Source of the DNA: Eledone cirrhosa
Taxonomy: Eukaryota
Reading direction: 5' to 3'
Assembly: GCA_964016885.1 (NCBI GenBank)
Contig: OZ024744.1
Span: 125,364,001 to 125,428,000 of the forward strand
Length of the DNA: 64,000 bases
This document shows, piece after piece, positions 23,301 to 34,990 of this stretch. Position 1 is the stretch's first letter. The number at the start of each line of letters is the position of its first letter. The translations under genes and the position numbers were made by a program. The notes under the pieces are model-generated. The model did no database searches. It was not told the origin of the DNA and was given only the letters and a program-made list of their open reading frames with translations.

Positions 23301-26300
23301 GCTTGATTCCGATAACGAACGAGACATTCGTATCCGAAAGAACGTTTGTCTGGAAACTGGTGAGTCGAAAAAAAAATATCTCGGTGGTAGTAGCAAATAT
23401 TCGTATGCGAAAGAAAAGATCTCGGTGGTAGTAGCAAATATTCGAACGAGACATTCGTAGGCGAAAGAAAAATATCTCGGTGGTAGTAGCAAATATTCGA
23501 ACGAGACATTCGTATGCGAAAGAACGTTTGTCGGTGGTAGTAGCAAATATTCGAACGAGACATTCGTATGCGAAAGAACGTTTGTCTGGAAGTGGCGATC
23601 CATGCCCGGTGGATAGTTGGTTCCGGGTTTTACTATGATTGTTGCAAAACAGAAACTTAAAGGGATTGACAGAATTTGCGATTCCGGAGAGGGGGCGATC
23701 CGTCTGCTTGATTCCGATAACGAACGAGACATTCGTATCCGAAAGAACGTTTGTCTGGAAACTGGTGAGTCAGTGAGTCGAAAAAAAAAATATCTCGGTG
23801 GTAGTAGCAAATATTCGAACGAGACATTCGTATGCGAAAGAACGTTTGTCGGTGGTAGTAGCAAATATTCGAACGAGACATTCGTATGCGAAAGAACGTT
23901 TGTCGGTGGTAGTAGCAAATATTCGAACGAGACATTCGTAGGCGAAAGAAAAATATCTCGGTGGTAGTAGCAAATATTCGAACGAGACATTCGTATTCGA
24001 AAGAACGTTTGTCTGGAAGTTGCGATCCATGCCCGGTGGATAGTTGGTTCCGGGTTTTACTATGATTGTTGCAAAACAGAAACTTAAAGGGATTGACAGA
24101 ATTTGCGATTCCGGAGAGGGGGCGATCCGTCTGCTTGATTCCGATAACGAACGAGACATTCGTATCCGAAAGAACGTTTGTCTGGAAACTGGTGAGTCAG
24201 TGAGTCGAAAAAAAAAATATCTCGGTGGTAGTAGCAAATATTCGAACGAGACATTCGTATGCGAAAGAACGTTTGTCGGTGGTAGTAGCAAATATTCGAA
24301 CGAGACATTCGTATGCGAAAGAACGTTTGTCGGTGGTAGTAGCAAATATTCGAACGAGACATTCGTATGCGAAAGAACGTTTGTCTGGAAGTGGCGATCC
24401 ATGCCCGGTGGATAGTTGGTTCCGGGTTTTACTATGATTGTTGCAAAACAGAAACTTAAAGGGATTGACAGAATTTGCGATTCCGGAGAGAGGGCGATCC
24501 GTCTGCTTGATTCCGATAACGAACGAGACATTCGTATCCGAAAGAACGTTTGTCTGGAAACTGGTGAGTCAGTGAGTCGAAAAAAAAATATCTCGGTGGT
24601 AGTAGCAAATATTCGTATGCGAAAGAAAAGATCTCGGTGGTAGTAGCAAATATTCGAACGAGACATTCGTAGGCGAAAGAAAAATATCTCGGTGGTAGTA
24701 GCAAATATTCGAACGAGACATTCGTATGCGAAAGAACGTTTGTCGGTGGTAGTAGCAAATATTCGAACGAGACATTCGTATGCGAAAGAACGTTTGTCGG
24801 TGGTAGTAGCAAATATTCGAACGAGACATTCGTATGCGAAAGAACGTTTGTCTGGAAGTGGCGATCCATGCTCGGTGGATAGTTGGTTCCGGGTTTTACT
24901 ATGATTGTTGCAAAACAGAAACTTAAAGGGATTGACAGAATTTGCGATTCCGGAGAGGGGGCGATCCGTCTGCTTGATTCCGATAACGAACGAGACATTC
25001 GTATCCGAAAGAACGTTTGTCTGGAAACTGGTGAGTCAGTGAGTCGAAAAAAAAATATCTCGGTGGTAGTAGCAAATATTCGAACGAGACATTCGTATGC
25101 GAAAGAACGTTTGTCGGTGGTAGTAGCAAATATTCGAACGAGACATTCGTATGCGAAAGAACGTTTGTCTGGAAGTGGCGATCCATGCCCGGTGGATAGT
25201 TGGTTCCGGGTTTTACTATGATTGTTGCAAAACAGAAACTTAAAGGGATTGACAGAATTTGCGATTCCGGAGAGGGGGCGATCCGTCTGCTTGATTCCGA
25301 TAACGAACGAGACATTCGTATCCGAAAGAACGTTTGTCTGGAAACTGGTGAGTCAGTGAGTCGAAAAAAAAATATCTCGGTGGTAGTAGCAAATATTCGA
25401 ACGAGACATTCGTATGCGAAAGAACGTTTGTCGGTGGTAGTAGCAAATATTCGAACGAGACATTCGTATGCGAAAGAACGTTTGTCTGGAAGTGGCGATC
25501 CATGCCCGGTAGATAGTTGGTTCCGGGTTTTACTATGATTGTTGCAAAACAAAAACTTAAAGGGATTGACAGAATTTGCGATTCCGGAGAGAGGGCGATC
25601 CGTCTGCTTGATTCCGATAACGAACGAGACATTCGTATCCGAAAGAACGTTTGTCTGGAAACTGGTGAGTCAGTGAGTCGAAAAAAAAAATATCTCGGTG
25701 GTAGTAGCAAATATTCGAACGAGACATTCGTATGCGAAAGAAAAATATCTCGGTGGTAGTAGCAAATATTCGAACGAGACATTCGTATGCGAAAGAACGT
25801 TTGTCTGGAAGTGGCGATCCATGCCCGGTGGATAGTTGGTTCCGGGTTTTACTATGATTGTTGCAAAACAGAAACTTAAAGGGATTGACAGAATTTGCGA
25901 TTCCGGAGAGGGGGCGATCCGTCTGCTTGATTCCGATAACGAACGAGACATTCGTATCCGAAAGAACGTTTGTCTGGAAACTGGTGAGTCAGTGAGTCGA
26001 AAAAAAAAATATCTCGGTGGTAGTAGCAAATATTCGAACGAGACATTCGTATGCGAAAGAACGTTTGTCGGTGGTAGTAGCAAATATTCGAACGAGACAT
26101 TCGTATGCGAAAGAACGTTTGTCGGTGGTAGTAGCAAATATTCGAACGAGACATTCGTATGCGAAAGAACGTTTGTCTGGAAGTGGCGATCCATGCCCGG
26201 TGGATAGTTGGTTCCGGGTTTTACTATGATTGTTGCAAAACAGAAACTTAAAGGGATTGACAGAATTTGCGATTCCGGAGAGAGGGCGATCCGTCTGCTT

Positions 26301-28200
26301 GATTCCGATAACGAACGAGACATTCGTATCCGAGAGAACGTTTGTCTGGAAACTGGTGAGTCAGTGAGTCGAAAAAAAAATATCTCGGTGGTAGTAGCAA
26401 ATATTCGAACGAGACATTCGTATGCGAAAGAAAATTATCTCGGTGGTAGTAGCAAATATTCGAACGAGACATTCGTATGCGAAAGAACGTTTGTCTGGAA
26501 GTGGCGATCCATGCCCGGTGGATAGTTGGTTCCGGGTTTTACTATGATTGTTGCAAAACAGAAACTTAAAGGGATTGACAGAATTTGCCATTCCGGAGAG
26601 GGGGCGATCCGTCTGCTTGATTCCGATAACGAACGAGACATTCGTATCCGAAATAACGTTTGTCTGGAAACTGGTGAGTCAGTGAGTCGAAAAAAAAATA
26701 TCTCGGTGGTAGTAGCAAATATTCGAACGAGACATTCGTATGCGAAAGAACGTTTGTCTGGAAGTGGCGATCCATGCTCGGTGGATAGTTGGTTCCGGGT
26801 TTTACTATGATTGTTGCAAAACAGAAACTTAAAGGGATTGACAGAATTTGCGATTCCGGAGAGGGGGCGATCCGTCTGCTTGATTCCGATAACGAACGAG
26901 ACATTCGTATCCGAAAGAACGTTTGTCTGGAAACTGGTGAGTCAGTGAGTCGAAAAAAAAATATCTCGGTGGTAGTAGCAAATATTCGTATGCGAAAGAA
27001 AAGATCTCGGTGGTAGTAGCAAATATTCGAACGAGACATTCGTAGGCGAAAGAAAAATATCTCGGTGGTAGTAGCAAATATTCGAACGAGACATTCGTAT
27101 TCGAAAGAACGTTTGTCTGGAAGTTGCGATCCATGCCCGGTGGATAGTTGGTTCCGGGCTTTACTATGATTGTTGCAAAACAGAAACTTAAAGGGATTGA
27201 CAGAATTTGCGATTCCGGAGAGGGGGCGATCCGTCTGCTTGATTTCGATAACGAACGAGACATTCGTATCCGAAAGAACGTTTGTCTGGAAACTGGTGAG
27301 TCAGTGAGTCGAAAAAAAAAATATCTCGGTGGTAGTAGCAAATATTCGAACGAGACATTCGTATGCGAAAGAACGTTTGTCGGTGGTAGTAGCAAATATT
27401 CGAACGAGACATTCGTATGCGAAAGAACGTTTGTCGGTGGTAGTAGCAAATATTCGAACGAGACATTCGTATGCGAAAGAACGTTTGTCTGGAAGTGGCG
27501 ATCCATGCCCGGTGGATAGTTGGTTCCGGGTTTTACTATGATTGTTGCAAAACAGAAACTTAAAGGGATTGACAGAATTTGCGATTCCAGAGAGAGGGCG
27601 ATCCGTCTGCTTGATTCCGATAACGAACGAGACATTCGTATCCGAAAGAACGTTTGTCTGGAAACTGGTGAGTCAGTGAGTCGAAAAAAAAATATCTCGG
27701 TGGTAGTAGCAAATATTCGAACGAGACATTCGTATGCGAAAGAACGTTTGTCTGGAAGTGGCGATCCATGCTCGGTGGATAGTTGGTTCCGGGTTTTACT
27801 ATGATTGTTGCAAAACAGAAACTTAAAGGGATTGACAGAATTTGCGATTCCGGAGAGGGGGCGATCCGTCTGCTTGATTCCGATAACGAACGAGACATTC
27901 GTATCCGAAAGAACGTTTGTCTGGAAACTGGTGAGTCAGTGAGTCGAAAAAAAAATATCTCGGTGGTAGTAGCAAATATTCGTATGCGAAAGAAAAGATC
28001 TCGGTGGTAGTAGCAAATATTCGAACGAGACATTCGTATGCGAAAGAAAAATATCTCGGTGGTAGTAGCAAATATTCGAACGAGACATTCGTATTCGAAA
28101 GAACGTTTGTCTGGAAGTTGCGATCCATGCCCGGTGGATAGTTGGTTCCGGGCTTTACTATGATTGTTGCAAAACAGAAACTTAAAGGAATTGACAGAAT
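20321..28200 (+). repeat. rRNA-mosaic satellite: 23 units of 263 bp plus a variable number of 54/55/41-bp subrepeats
   Basis: Unit spacings run from 263 to 467 bp (mode 317-319). Contains 18S-like gattccggagaggg, gattccgataacgaacgagac, attcgtat, gcgaaag and ttgcaaa..gaaacttaaagg(a/g)attgac, plus 28S-like atctcggtggtagtagcaaatattcgaacgaga. Confidence 0.9.
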
Positions 28201-28240
28201 TTTCGAATCGACATCAACTCGGCTACGGCTATCCCGTCGA

Positions 28241-28574
28241 GTACGAGAGTATCGCGGGATCAGAGCAACGGTTTGCTAGGCTGCCTCTGAGCGATAACGG
28301 CTGAACGCCTCCTCTAAGCCGGAACCCTAGCCGGACCCGAGTTGTTTTTCGACAAGCGTCTCGACCTTCTTAAGGCCCATGCCTTAGTTTGGCGATTGCC
28401 GTCCGTTCGCCGACGGCGGCAGCGTCAGCGGAAATGCCATTCTGTGACGACTACGACGATTCGTCGTCGTCGTCGTCCATTCGATTTCCTGAAAGAGATA
28501 GAGACTAAAGTGATCAAATTGTTCGGAGTTACGTGCTTAGTAGAGCAGCTACCACACTGCAATCTATTGAGAGT
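28241..28574 (+). pseudogene. 28S rRNA 3'-terminal relic
   Basis: gtacgagag, ggctgaacgcct(cct)ctaagccggaaccc, ccattctgtgacgact and agtagagcagctaccacactgcaatctattgagagt correspond in order to conserved 28S 3' motifs (GACTGAACGCCTCTAAGTCAGAATCC; AGCAGAGCAGC..CTGCGATCTATTGAAAGT). Confidence 0.75.
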
Positions 28575-29309
28575 TTTCTGACGAACGATACAATCCGCCC
28601 ACGTGGCGCCAGAAAGGGAGAAGAAAAGAAAAGTTAGACGCCGCCGATCGATCGGTTCGTTGTTTTACGTGTACACAGCTTGTGTGTGTGTCTGTATGTG
28701 ATACAAGCCGCCTATCCGTCTTCCAAGTAAGTTTTGTGTGTAGACTGCGGAAAGAAATCCAATCCGCCGTCTAGGCGGTTCTGCCGCCGACCCATACTTT
28801 TGCGAGTCGCTCCCGGGAAAGACAGGCGGCAAGACGGCGTGTATACACGACGCCTTCCGTCTTCCGCCTCGAACCCGGGCAAACGTTCCTTTATTCGTCC
28901 ACGCCTTCCCGCTTCGATCGCGAGAAAGTAATCAATCTGTTTTGTGTGTGTGTCTGTGTGTGATACAAATTTGTTTTCTTAATTTGATAACCATGAATTG
29001 TTTCAACACCGGCCCTTTTAAGGGCCACTTATATTTTCAATAATCAGTTTAAATGGGTTGCACCGTAGCCACTTGGTAATACACTGCAAATCTCCCGTCA
29101 ATCTATGAAGGTTTTGTAGTAGATTAGATCAAAACACAATCAGCAAGACAGTAATGGAATGAATAATATAAACATTTGTTTATAATTAAAGCCTTAAGAT
29201 GTCCCTCCCTCCCTCCCTTCCTTCCTTCCTTCCTTCCTTCCTTACGATATACACTTTAATAACATTGAAACTTATTTAATAAGTTTAAATTTTAAACACT
29301 TTTTATTCA

Positions 29310-29443
29310 GACGTACCGCGATAAGTAACTAGATATGTTCTAACGAATAATCCGCGATGTGGCGAGGATTACCGCGATAGGAAATTAGATACGTTCCAAA
29401 GAAATATCCGCGAAAAGTGAACCGCGATATAGCGGGTTCACCA
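29310..29443. mobile_element. Possible DNA-transposon (Tigger/pogo-like) end fragment with repeated ccgcga motifs
   Basis: Five ccgcga motifs ending in gtgaaccgcgatatagcgggttcac (hairpin). The family assignment is from recalled similarity only. Confidence 0.35.
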
Positions 29444-29597
29444 GCCAGTGTATTACTGGTACTTTATTTTATCGACCCCCATAAGGATGAAAGGCAAAGT
29501 TAACTGTGCAATAACAAAGGGAGATAACCTCGTCTTTTTTTTTTTACGGAGTTATTTCCCTTTAAATTTTATCTATTACTTATGATGATACAATTTA

Positions 29598-29731
29598 ATC
29601 AGTTCTTAGCTGTCGAGACACTGCATCCTTTAAAACCTCCATGGAACAAGCTACCTGCAACAGTTGTTAGCTGTCGAGACACTGCATCTTTTAAAACCTC
29701 CATGGAACAAACTACCTGCATCAGTTGTTAG
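29598..29731 (+). repeat. 61-bp tandem duplication derived from the CR1 ORF2 C-terminus; copy B at ~62448-62581
   Basis: catggaacaagctacctgcaacagttgttagctgtcgagacactgcatc (WNKLPATVVSCRDTASFK) matches the reverse complement of 43241-43300. Confidence 0.8.
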
Positions 29732-29999
29732 GGTCTGAGTTCAAATCACGCCGAGGAGGTTAACTTTGCCTTTCATCCTTACGGGGACGGTCGGAAAACG
29801 AACCATTACCGGTTCGCTTTCGAAGCGGGTTTCCGAAAACAGCGCTTCTCTCGACCGGGCCCGTCGTCCGCTCGGCGGTGGTTTTCATCGTCCCAGGCAC
29901 GGCTAACAGGCGGAGACGGGACAAACGCGCGTGTTCCTTTTTTTATCAGCCGCAGCGCCGTTCGTATATATGCTTAGGTTGTTTTTTTTTTAAATATCC

Positions 30000-30230
30000 T
30001 AAGTTAAGTTGGGGCTAAGTTAAGTTGGGGCTAAGTTAAGTTGAGGTTAAGTTGAGTTGGGGTTAAGTTAAGTGGGGGTTAAGTTAAGCTGGGGTTAAGT
30101 TAAGTTGAGGTTAAGTTAAGTTGGGGTTAAGTCAAGTTGGGGTTAAGTTAAGTTGGGGTTAAGTTAGGTTGGGGTTAAGTTAGGTTGGGGTTAAGTTAAG
30201 TTGGGGTTAAGTTAGGTTGCGGTTAAGTTA
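30000..30230 (+). repeat. 16-bp G-rich tandem repeat (ttaagttaagttgggg); copy B at 62850-63080
   Basis: About 14 units visible directly. Confidence 0.92.
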
Positions 30231-33200
30231 CATTCGCCGCCGGACTTCAGCTTCCTCATTTAGCATGGGCAGTTTTTCTTGAAAATCACACCACACACAG
30301 CAAATGTGTGTCCGCACATGTACCAGTAATTACAGATCGATTCCGGTGAAAATTCACTGAAAACGGGCCATCCGGCCCTGTGCGTCGATCGTGGGCCGGC
30401 CGGATGTTGACGGATCGATGTGTAATTAGAAGTACATGTGCGGACACTCATTGGCTGTGCGTGGTATGCATTTCAGCAAGATATCTCCGTAACATCAAGA
30501 GTTATGGCTGTGGAGGCACACCTAGTCAAACGTAAACAAGGTCTGGAGCGTTTACGCTTCGCGATTTTGTTTACGTTTGACTAGGTGTGCCTCCACAGCC
30601 ACAACTCTTGATTTTACGGAGATATCTTGCTGAAATGCATACCGCGCACAGCCAATGAGTGTCCGCACATGTACTTCTAATTACACATCGATCCGTCAAC
30701 ATCCGGCCGGCCCACGATCGACGCACAGGGCCGGATGGCCCGTTTTCAGTGAAATTTCACCGGAATCGATCTGTAATTACTGGTACATGTGCGGAGACAC
30801 ATTTGCTGTGTGTGGTGTGATTTTCAAGAAAAACTGCCCATGCTAAATGAGGAAGCTGAAGTCCGCCGGCGAATGGTGTGCTTCGAAGAAAACTAATTCG
30901 AAAATGACCGTTTGCAGGCGGAGTAACCTTTTCGATCGTGGGCCAGCCGCCCGTGGTGGGATCCATCTGTAATTACTGGTACATGTGCGGACATACATTT
31001 GCTGTGTGTGGTGTGATTTTCAAGAAGAACTGCCCATGCTAAATGAGGAAGCTGAAGTCCGCCGGCGAATGGTGTGCTTCGAAGAAAACTAATTCGAAAA
31101 TGACCGTTTGCAGGCGGAGTAACCTTTTCGATCGTGGGCCAGCCGCCCGTGGTGGGATCCATCTGTAATTACTGGTACATGTGCGGACATACATTTGCTG
31201 TGTGTGGTGTGATTTTCAAGAAGAACTGCCCATGCTAAATGAGGAAGCTGAAGTCCGCCGGCGAATGGTGTGCTTCGAAGAAAACTAATTCGAAAATGAC
31301 CGTTTGCAGGCGGGGTAACCTTTTCAATCGTGGGCCAGCCGCCCGTGGTGGGATCCATCTGTAATTACTGGTACATGTGCGGACACACATTTGCTGTGTG
31401 TGGTGTGATTTTCGAGAAAGACTGCCCATGCTAAATGAGGAAGCTGAAGTCCGCCGGCGAATGGTGTGCTTCGAAGAAAACTAATTCGAAAATGACTATT
31501 TGCCGGCGGAATCACCTTTTCGGTCCTGGTCCGGCCGGATCTTGCCGGATCGATCGGAAATTTGTGGACCATGTTCGGAAGACCATTGTGCATGTGTGGT
31601 GAAAAAAATTTGTGTCGAAATCTTCTCGGAAAATAACGGATCGCCGGCGGAGATTGCCATTTCGATCGTGGGCCGGCCGGATCTTGTCGGATCGATTCGG
31701 ACATATGTGCATCGTGTTCGCAAGGCCCTTGTCTATGTGTGGTGTGATTTTCATAAAGAAATTCCGAAAAACCCAGTTTTAAATCTGATTTCGCCAAAGA
31801 ATTTTGGCTATCAGATCGGGTTGAAAGGTATGGTTTCAGGTCGATCTGAAAGTCTAAAATGGGATTCACTCGGTTAGCTAACTTTTGATATATCGGAGAT
31901 ATCTTTCTGAAAATCACACCACACACTCCCAATGAGTGTCTGCACATGTACCAGTAATTACAGATGGATCCCACCACGGGCGGCCGGCCCACGATCGAAA
32001 AGGTTACTCCGAAGCACACCATTCGCCGGCGGAATTCATTTAGCATGGGCAGTTTTTCTCGAAAATCACACCACACACAGCCAATGAGTGTCCGCACATG
32101 TACCAGTAATTACAGATGGATCCCACCACGGGCGGCTGGCCCACGATCGAAAAGGTTACTCCGCCTGCAAACGGTCATTTTCGAATTCGTTTTCTTCGAA
32201 GCACACGATTCGCCGGCGGACTTCAGCTGCCTCATTTAGCATGGGCAGTTTTTCTCGAAACTCACACCACACACAGCAAATGTGTGTCCGCACATGTACC
32301 AGTAATTACAGATCGATTCCGGTGAAAATTCACTGAAAACGGGCCATTCGGCCCTGTGCGTCGATCGTGGGCCGGCCGGATGTTGACGGATCGATGTGTA
32401 ATTAGAAGTACATGTGCGGACACTCATTGGCTGTGCGTGGTATGCATTTCAGCAAGATATCTCCGTAACATCAAGAGTTATGGCTGTGGAGGCACACCTA
32501 GTCAAACGTAAACAAGCTCTGGAGCGTATACGCTTCGCGATTTTGTTTACGTTTGACTAGGTGTGCCTCCACAGCCACAACTCTTGATGTTACGGAGATA
32601 TCTTGCTGAAATGCATACCACGCACAGCCAATGAGTGTCCGCACATGTACTTCTAATTACACATCGATCCGTCAACATCCGGCCGGCCCACGATCGACGC
32701 ACAGGGCCGGATGGCCCGTTTGCAGTGAATTTTCACCGGAATCGATCTGTAATTACTGGTACATGTGCGGACACACATTTGCTGTGTGTGGTGTGATTTT
32801 CACGAAAAACTGCCCATGCTAAATGAGGAAGCTGAAGTCCGCCGGCGAATGGTGTGCTTCGAAGAAAACTAATTCGAAAATGACCGTTTGCAGGCGGAGT
32901 AACCTTTTCGATCGTGGGCCAGCCGCCCGTGGTGGGATACATCTGTAATTACTGGTACATGTGCGGACACACATTTGCTGTGTGTGGTGTGATTTTCGAG
33001 AAAGACTGCCCATGCTAAATGAGGAAGCTGAAGTCCGCCGGCGAATGGTGTGCTTCGAAGAAAACTAATTCGAAAATGACTATTTGCCGGCGGAATCACC
33101 TTTTCGGTCCTGGTCCGGCCGGATCTTGCCGGATCGATCGGAAATTTGTGGACCATGTTCGGAAGGCCATTGTGCATGTGTGGTGAAAAAAATTTGTGTC

Positions 33201-33870
33201 GAAATCTTCTCGGAAAATAACGGATCGCCGGCGGAGATTGCCATTTCGATCGTGGGCCGGCCGGATCTTGTCGGATCGATTCGGACATATGTGCATCGTG
33301 TTCGCAAGGCCCTTGTCTATGTGTGGTGTGATTTTCATAAAGAAATTCCGAAAAACCCAGTTTTAAATCTGATTTCGCCAAAGAATTTTGGCTATCAGAT
33401 CGGGTTGAAAGGTATGGTTTCAGGTCGATCTGAAAGTCTAAAATGGAATTCACTCGGTTAGCTAACTTTTGATATATCGGAGATATCTTTCTGAAAATCA
33501 CACCACACACTCCCAATGAGTGTCTGCACATGTACCAGTAATTACAGATGGATCCCACCACGGGCGGCCGGCCCACGATCGAAAAGGTTACTCCGAAGCA
33601 CACCATTCGCCGGCGGACTTCATTTAGCATGGGCAGTTTTTCTTGAAGATCACACCACACACAGCCAATCAGTGTCCGCACATGTACCAGTAATTACAGA
33701 TGGATCCCACTACGGGCGGCTGGCCCACGATCGAAAAGGTTACTCCGCCTGCAAACGGTCATTTTCGAATTCGTTTTCTTCGAAGCACACCATTCGCCGG
33801 CGGACTTCAGCTGCCTCATTTAGCATGGGCAGCTTTTCTCGAAAATCACACCACACACAGCCAATGAGTT
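30231..33870. repeat. Fold-back satellite: 196-bp monomers in alternating inverted blocks, palindrome centres at 30553 and 32529
   Basis: Mirror-image ORFs 30260-30451(-)/30655-30846(+) and 32236-32427(-)/32631-32822(+). Period of 196 bp (30893 to 31089). A linker repeats at an offset of 1584 (1976 minus 2x196). Confidence 0.92.
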
Positions 33871-33914
33871 TAAAATACTCACCGTTTGATTTGGAAAAAC
33901 TTAAAATGCTCACA

Positions 33915-33940
33915 TATATATGTGTATGTATTTATCTATG

Positions 33941-33988
<48 letters not shown>

Positions 33989-34466
33989 TATATGTATTTA
34001 TCTATGTATTTATCTATATGCATGGATATATATATATATATATATATATTTATCTATGTATTTATCTATATGCATGGATATATATATATATATATATATA
34101 TGTATTTATCTATGCATGTATGAATATATAAAATATATATATATATATATGTGTGTATGTATTTATCTATGCATGTATGAATATATAAAATATATATATA
34201 TATATATATGTATGTATTTATCTATGCATGTATATATATATAAAATATATACATAAATATATATATATATGTATTTATCTATGCATGTGTGCATACATAT
34301 ATATATATATATGTATTTATCTATACATGTATGTATATATATATATATACATATATAAGTATTTATCTATACATGTATGTATATATATATATACATATAT
34401 ATGTATTTATCTATACATGTATGTATATATATATATATGTATATAAGTATTTATCTATACATGTAT

Positions 34467-34499
<33 letters not shown>

Positions 34500-34990
34500 A
34501 GTATTTATCTATACATGTATGTATATATAAAATATTGTCATGTTTACAAAAATATTTTTCTAATATCGTGTTTAATATTTTATATTGTCGTCTGCTTCTC
34601 TTCTCACGTGGTTACTTACTCTCTCACCCTCTCTCTCTTTCCCCTCTCATACAACCCCTTCTTTCTCTTTCTTTCCCCTCTCACACAACCTCTTCTTTCT
34701 CTCTCTTTTTGCCAGTCCCTTCTCTCACTCTCTCTCCCTCTTCCTTTTTTATCTCTTTCTTTCTGTCTCTGTTTCCCTCCTATAGACATTCTCTCTCTCT
34801 CTTTCTGCTCTCACTCAGCCTTCTCTCTCTTTCCCCTCTCACACAGTCTTCTCTCTCTCTCTTTCCCCTCTCACACAGCATTCTCTCTCTCTCTCTCTCT
34901 CTTTCCCCTCTCACACAGCATTCTCTCTCTCTCTCTCTCTTTATTTCCCCTCTCACACAGCCTTCTCTCTCTATCTATCTATCTCTCTCT
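33915..34990. repeat. AT-rich compound microsatellite (gtatttatctat(g/a)catgt-(ta)n) followed by a CT-rich low-complexity tract
   Basis: Directly visible. Confidence 0.9.

Larger units (their letters stand above)
1..31150 (+). repeat. Segmental/tandem duplication, copy A (matches 39835-64000)
   Basis: Position 1 (ggcaatcaaagttgatgg) recurs at 39835. Identical ORFs recur in the same order with offsets of 39834, 43452, 37657 and 32850. The last bases of the window (agccgcccgt) match 31141-31150. Confidence 0.97.

Noticed and set aside
20182-28128. Repeated ORFs (MVPGFTMIVAK..., MSRSNICYYHR...)
   Set aside because: They are translations of the rRNA-mosaic satellite. Frames change with A-run length and no protein motif is recognisable.
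20321-28200. CRISPR-like array
   Set aside because: There are no unique spacers, the units are near-identical and rRNA-derived, no cas genes are present, and the context is eukaryotic.
20132-28574. Functional 18S/28S rRNA genes
   Set aside because: Only ~185 nt of collinear 18S and a degraded 28S end remain. The internal parts are scrambled and no 5.8S was found.
30231-33870. Protelomerase or poxvirus-like concatemer junctions
   Set aside because: Loop and linker sequences recur in the same orientation (no flip-flop) and no resolvase is encoded here.
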